The position numbers and the translations under genes were made by a program. A stretch of DNA of 64,000 bases from Macrostomum hystrix (Eukaryota; Animalia; Platyhelminthes), in NCBI GenBank assembly GCA_950097015.1, contig CATNEN010000034.1:6510001-6574000 (forward strand), read 5' to 3'. This document shows positions 62,201 through 64,000 of the stretch, one piece after another; positions within the stretch are counted from its first letter, which is position 1, and the number at the start of each line of letters is the position of its first letter. The notes under the pieces were generated by a model that was given only the letters and a program-made list of their open reading frames with translations, did no database searches and was not told where the DNA came from.

Positions 62201-63823
62201 CTACCTTGGCCAGGTGATTGAGATTTCAGAGGTCACTGAGCGATGGCAAGTTATCAGAGTCACAATTGACAAGGTTTGCGGCATTTTTCGCTGTTTCTTT
62301 AATCAGATTACATTCTTTGTGAAGTGCAATCAGATTTCAATCAACTGCAATCAGATTTCAATCAACTGCAATCAGATTTCAATCAACTGCAATCAGATTC
62401 CAATCAACTGCAATCAGATTTCAATCAACTGCAATCAGATTTCAATCAACTGCAATCAGATTTCAATCAACTGCAATCAGATTTCAATCAACTGCAATCA
62501 GATTTCAATCAACTGCAATCAGATTTCAATCAACTGCAATCAGATTTCAATCAACTGCAATCAGATTTCAATCAACTGCAATCAGATTTCAATCAACTGC
62601 AATCAGATTTCAATCAACTGCAATCAGATTCCAATCAACTGCAATCAGATTTCAATCAACTGCAATCAGATTCCAATCAACTGCAATCAGATTTCAATCA
62701 ACTGCAATCAGATTCCAATCAACTGCAATCAGATTCCAATCAACTGCAATCAGATTCCAATCAACTGCAATCAGATTCTAATCAACTGCAATCAGATTCC
62801 AATCAACTGCAATCAGATTTCATTTAGCCCATTACATGTAACCTGTGAAGTAGCCTTTCGTCAGACTCGCATCCCATTCTCCCAATCAGTTCTACGACCG
62901 GCTGCTTCACTGGGAGGCTCGCTGGCAGGAGGCCCGCAGCCTGCCGTTCACCCTGGCCGAAGCTCAAGCGCTGCTCGATGAGCATCGTCGTGCCGCGGAG
63001 GAGATCGGCAGCTCGTGGGAGCAGCTGCTGGCGGACCTGGCCGCAATGGCCCTCGATCCACAAGTTGGCTCGCTGGCTGAGCAGGTGCGTGGCTGCTAAA
63101 AGTACTGAAATTTCTCAATTTGAATTGGTGCCCAAAGTCAGCAGTTAAGGTTTTGTTAATCTGCCTCTAGAAAATTGAATGCCTGAGGTTGTCGGCTTTC
63201 ATTGTTATTTATTTTGGATTGATTAAATTGTCATTTTTTCAAATTGAATTAATATGGATTAACCATGGAAGTTTGTACAGACCAAAGTTAAGTTGTACTT
63301 GTCACGATTGTCTTCAACAAGAATCGTTGAATATCTCGACGATGCTGACATCGGACGGCTTTGAAAGTTAGTTCATCGTAAACGGCGGACAATTTTGATT
63401 CAGATAGCGGACTTTCACGAAAATCGGTCATTCTGTTTGGGAGCAATCGCGAAATAGGCAGTGGGTTTTTGAAATACCCCCCTTTCACCAGGTGGAAAAT
63501 AGCGTGGTATTTCTACTGTTTAGATTCAACTTGGCCCTACTAACAGTAGGATCTAGGCAAATGATCATCCTTTTTTTATAAATTGACCCAAGGCTCGCTC
63601 GGATGCGCAGCGCCGCATGGAGGAATGGCAGCGGCGTTGGGACCGGCGCCAGGCCGAGCTGGACATGCGCCTCCGGCTGCTCTTGCGCCTGCGAGACCTG
63701 TCCAACGAAGTCGAGGACAACCGCAGTCGGCTGTCCGAGCTGAAGACTGAGCGCACGGTGACCAAGGTCGGGCCGGTGTCCGACACGGCTGCCGATGTCG
63801 CCACTCTGCAACGGGGCGTGGCG
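59242..63823 (+). CDS. Spectrin-repeat protein (SESTD1/Trio-type repeats), 5' part, continuing beyond the window; exons 59242-59535, 59862-60491, 60915-61105, ~61840-62021, 62105-62273, 62890-63084, 63593-63823
   Basis: Spectrin-like helices (ILDWVHGPGTKLL..HEQF, TIAWLEDII, LLHWEARW, EEWQRRWDRR). GT/AG junctions are phase-compatible; the acceptor of exon 4 is uncertain. Confidence 0.8.
59560..59820. repeat. About 44-bp intronic minisatellite (CCATCCAATCAGAGACTGACTCAGTCACTCCGAAGCC...)
   Basis: Spectrin gene intron 1. Confidence 0.9.
60545..60790. repeat. 37-bp intronic minisatellite (GGACGGAAGGTCCGGGGCAGGGAGTGAGGTGGTTGGT)
   Basis: Spectrin gene intron 2. Confidence 0.93.
61365..61760. repeat. 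19-bp intronic minisatellite (CCCAACGTACTCATGTGTA)
   Basis: Spectrin gene intron 3. Confidence 0.95.
62325..62822. repeat. 21-bp intronic minisatellite (TGCAATCAGATTTCAATCAAC)
   Basis: Spectrin gene intron 5. Confidence 0.96.
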
Positions 63824-63829
63824 GTGAGA

Positions 63830-64000
63830 ATGCAACTAGTTTTCTAACAGCTGCAACTGGATTTCTTACAGCTGCAACTGTTTTTGTCACAGCTGCAACT
63901 GTTTTTGTCACAGCTGCAACTGAATTTCTCACAGCTGCAACTAGATTTCTCACAGCTGCAACTGGATTTCTCACAGCTGCAACTAGATTTCTCACAGCTG
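63830..64000. repeat. 21-bp intronic minisatellite (CAGCTGCAACTAGATTTCTCA)
   Basis: Begins just after the donor at 63824 and runs off the window. Confidence 0.93.

Noticed and set aside
492-63995. Long low-complexity ORFs (492..740, 2471..3142, 4479..5079, 5762..6394, 8393..9248, 26623..27042, 33013..34041, 39050..39979, 54413..55438, 61458..62039, 62088..62981, 63576..63995)
   Set aside because: They are translations of stop-free minisatellites lying in introns, flanks or TEs; the peptide period equals the DNA unit period.
39-64000. Tandem arrays as CRISPR loci
   Set aside because: No unique spacers, no cas genes, and a spliced eukaryotic context.

Overview
Eukaryotic (animal) genomic DNA with GC-rich exons, AT-rich intergenic DNA and a different minisatellite in most introns. 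This style suggests a free-living flatworm such as Macrostomum, which is an inference. Spliced genes I could reconstruct by hand: a 2OG-Fe(II) prolyl-hydroxylase-like oxygenase ending in a CaaX box, a membrane-type GNAT acetyltransferase, RMDN1, AVL9, two multi-module coiled-coil + degenerate NHL-like beta-propeller genes plus a truncated third copy, and the 5' part of a spectrin-repeat gene. Two long ORFs are intronless: a DUF5662-like HD-type protein of a kind I associate with phages and bacteria, and a PRDM9-like protein (KRAB-like helix, SSXRD-like motif, Zn knuckle, PR/SET with the catalytic tyrosines, 84-bp zinc-finger minisatellite). Mobile DNA includes two mariner elements, a deleted BEL/Pao LTR element, an LTR-like pair enclosing small ORFs, a hAT MITE with perfect TSD, other MITEs and tRNA-derived SINEs. 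The strongest candidates for new biology are the PRDM9-like gene, whose finger array varies only at DNA-contact codons, the all-phase-2 modular propeller cluster, and the phage-type HD gene. All family assignments come from motif recognition by eye; no database search was run.
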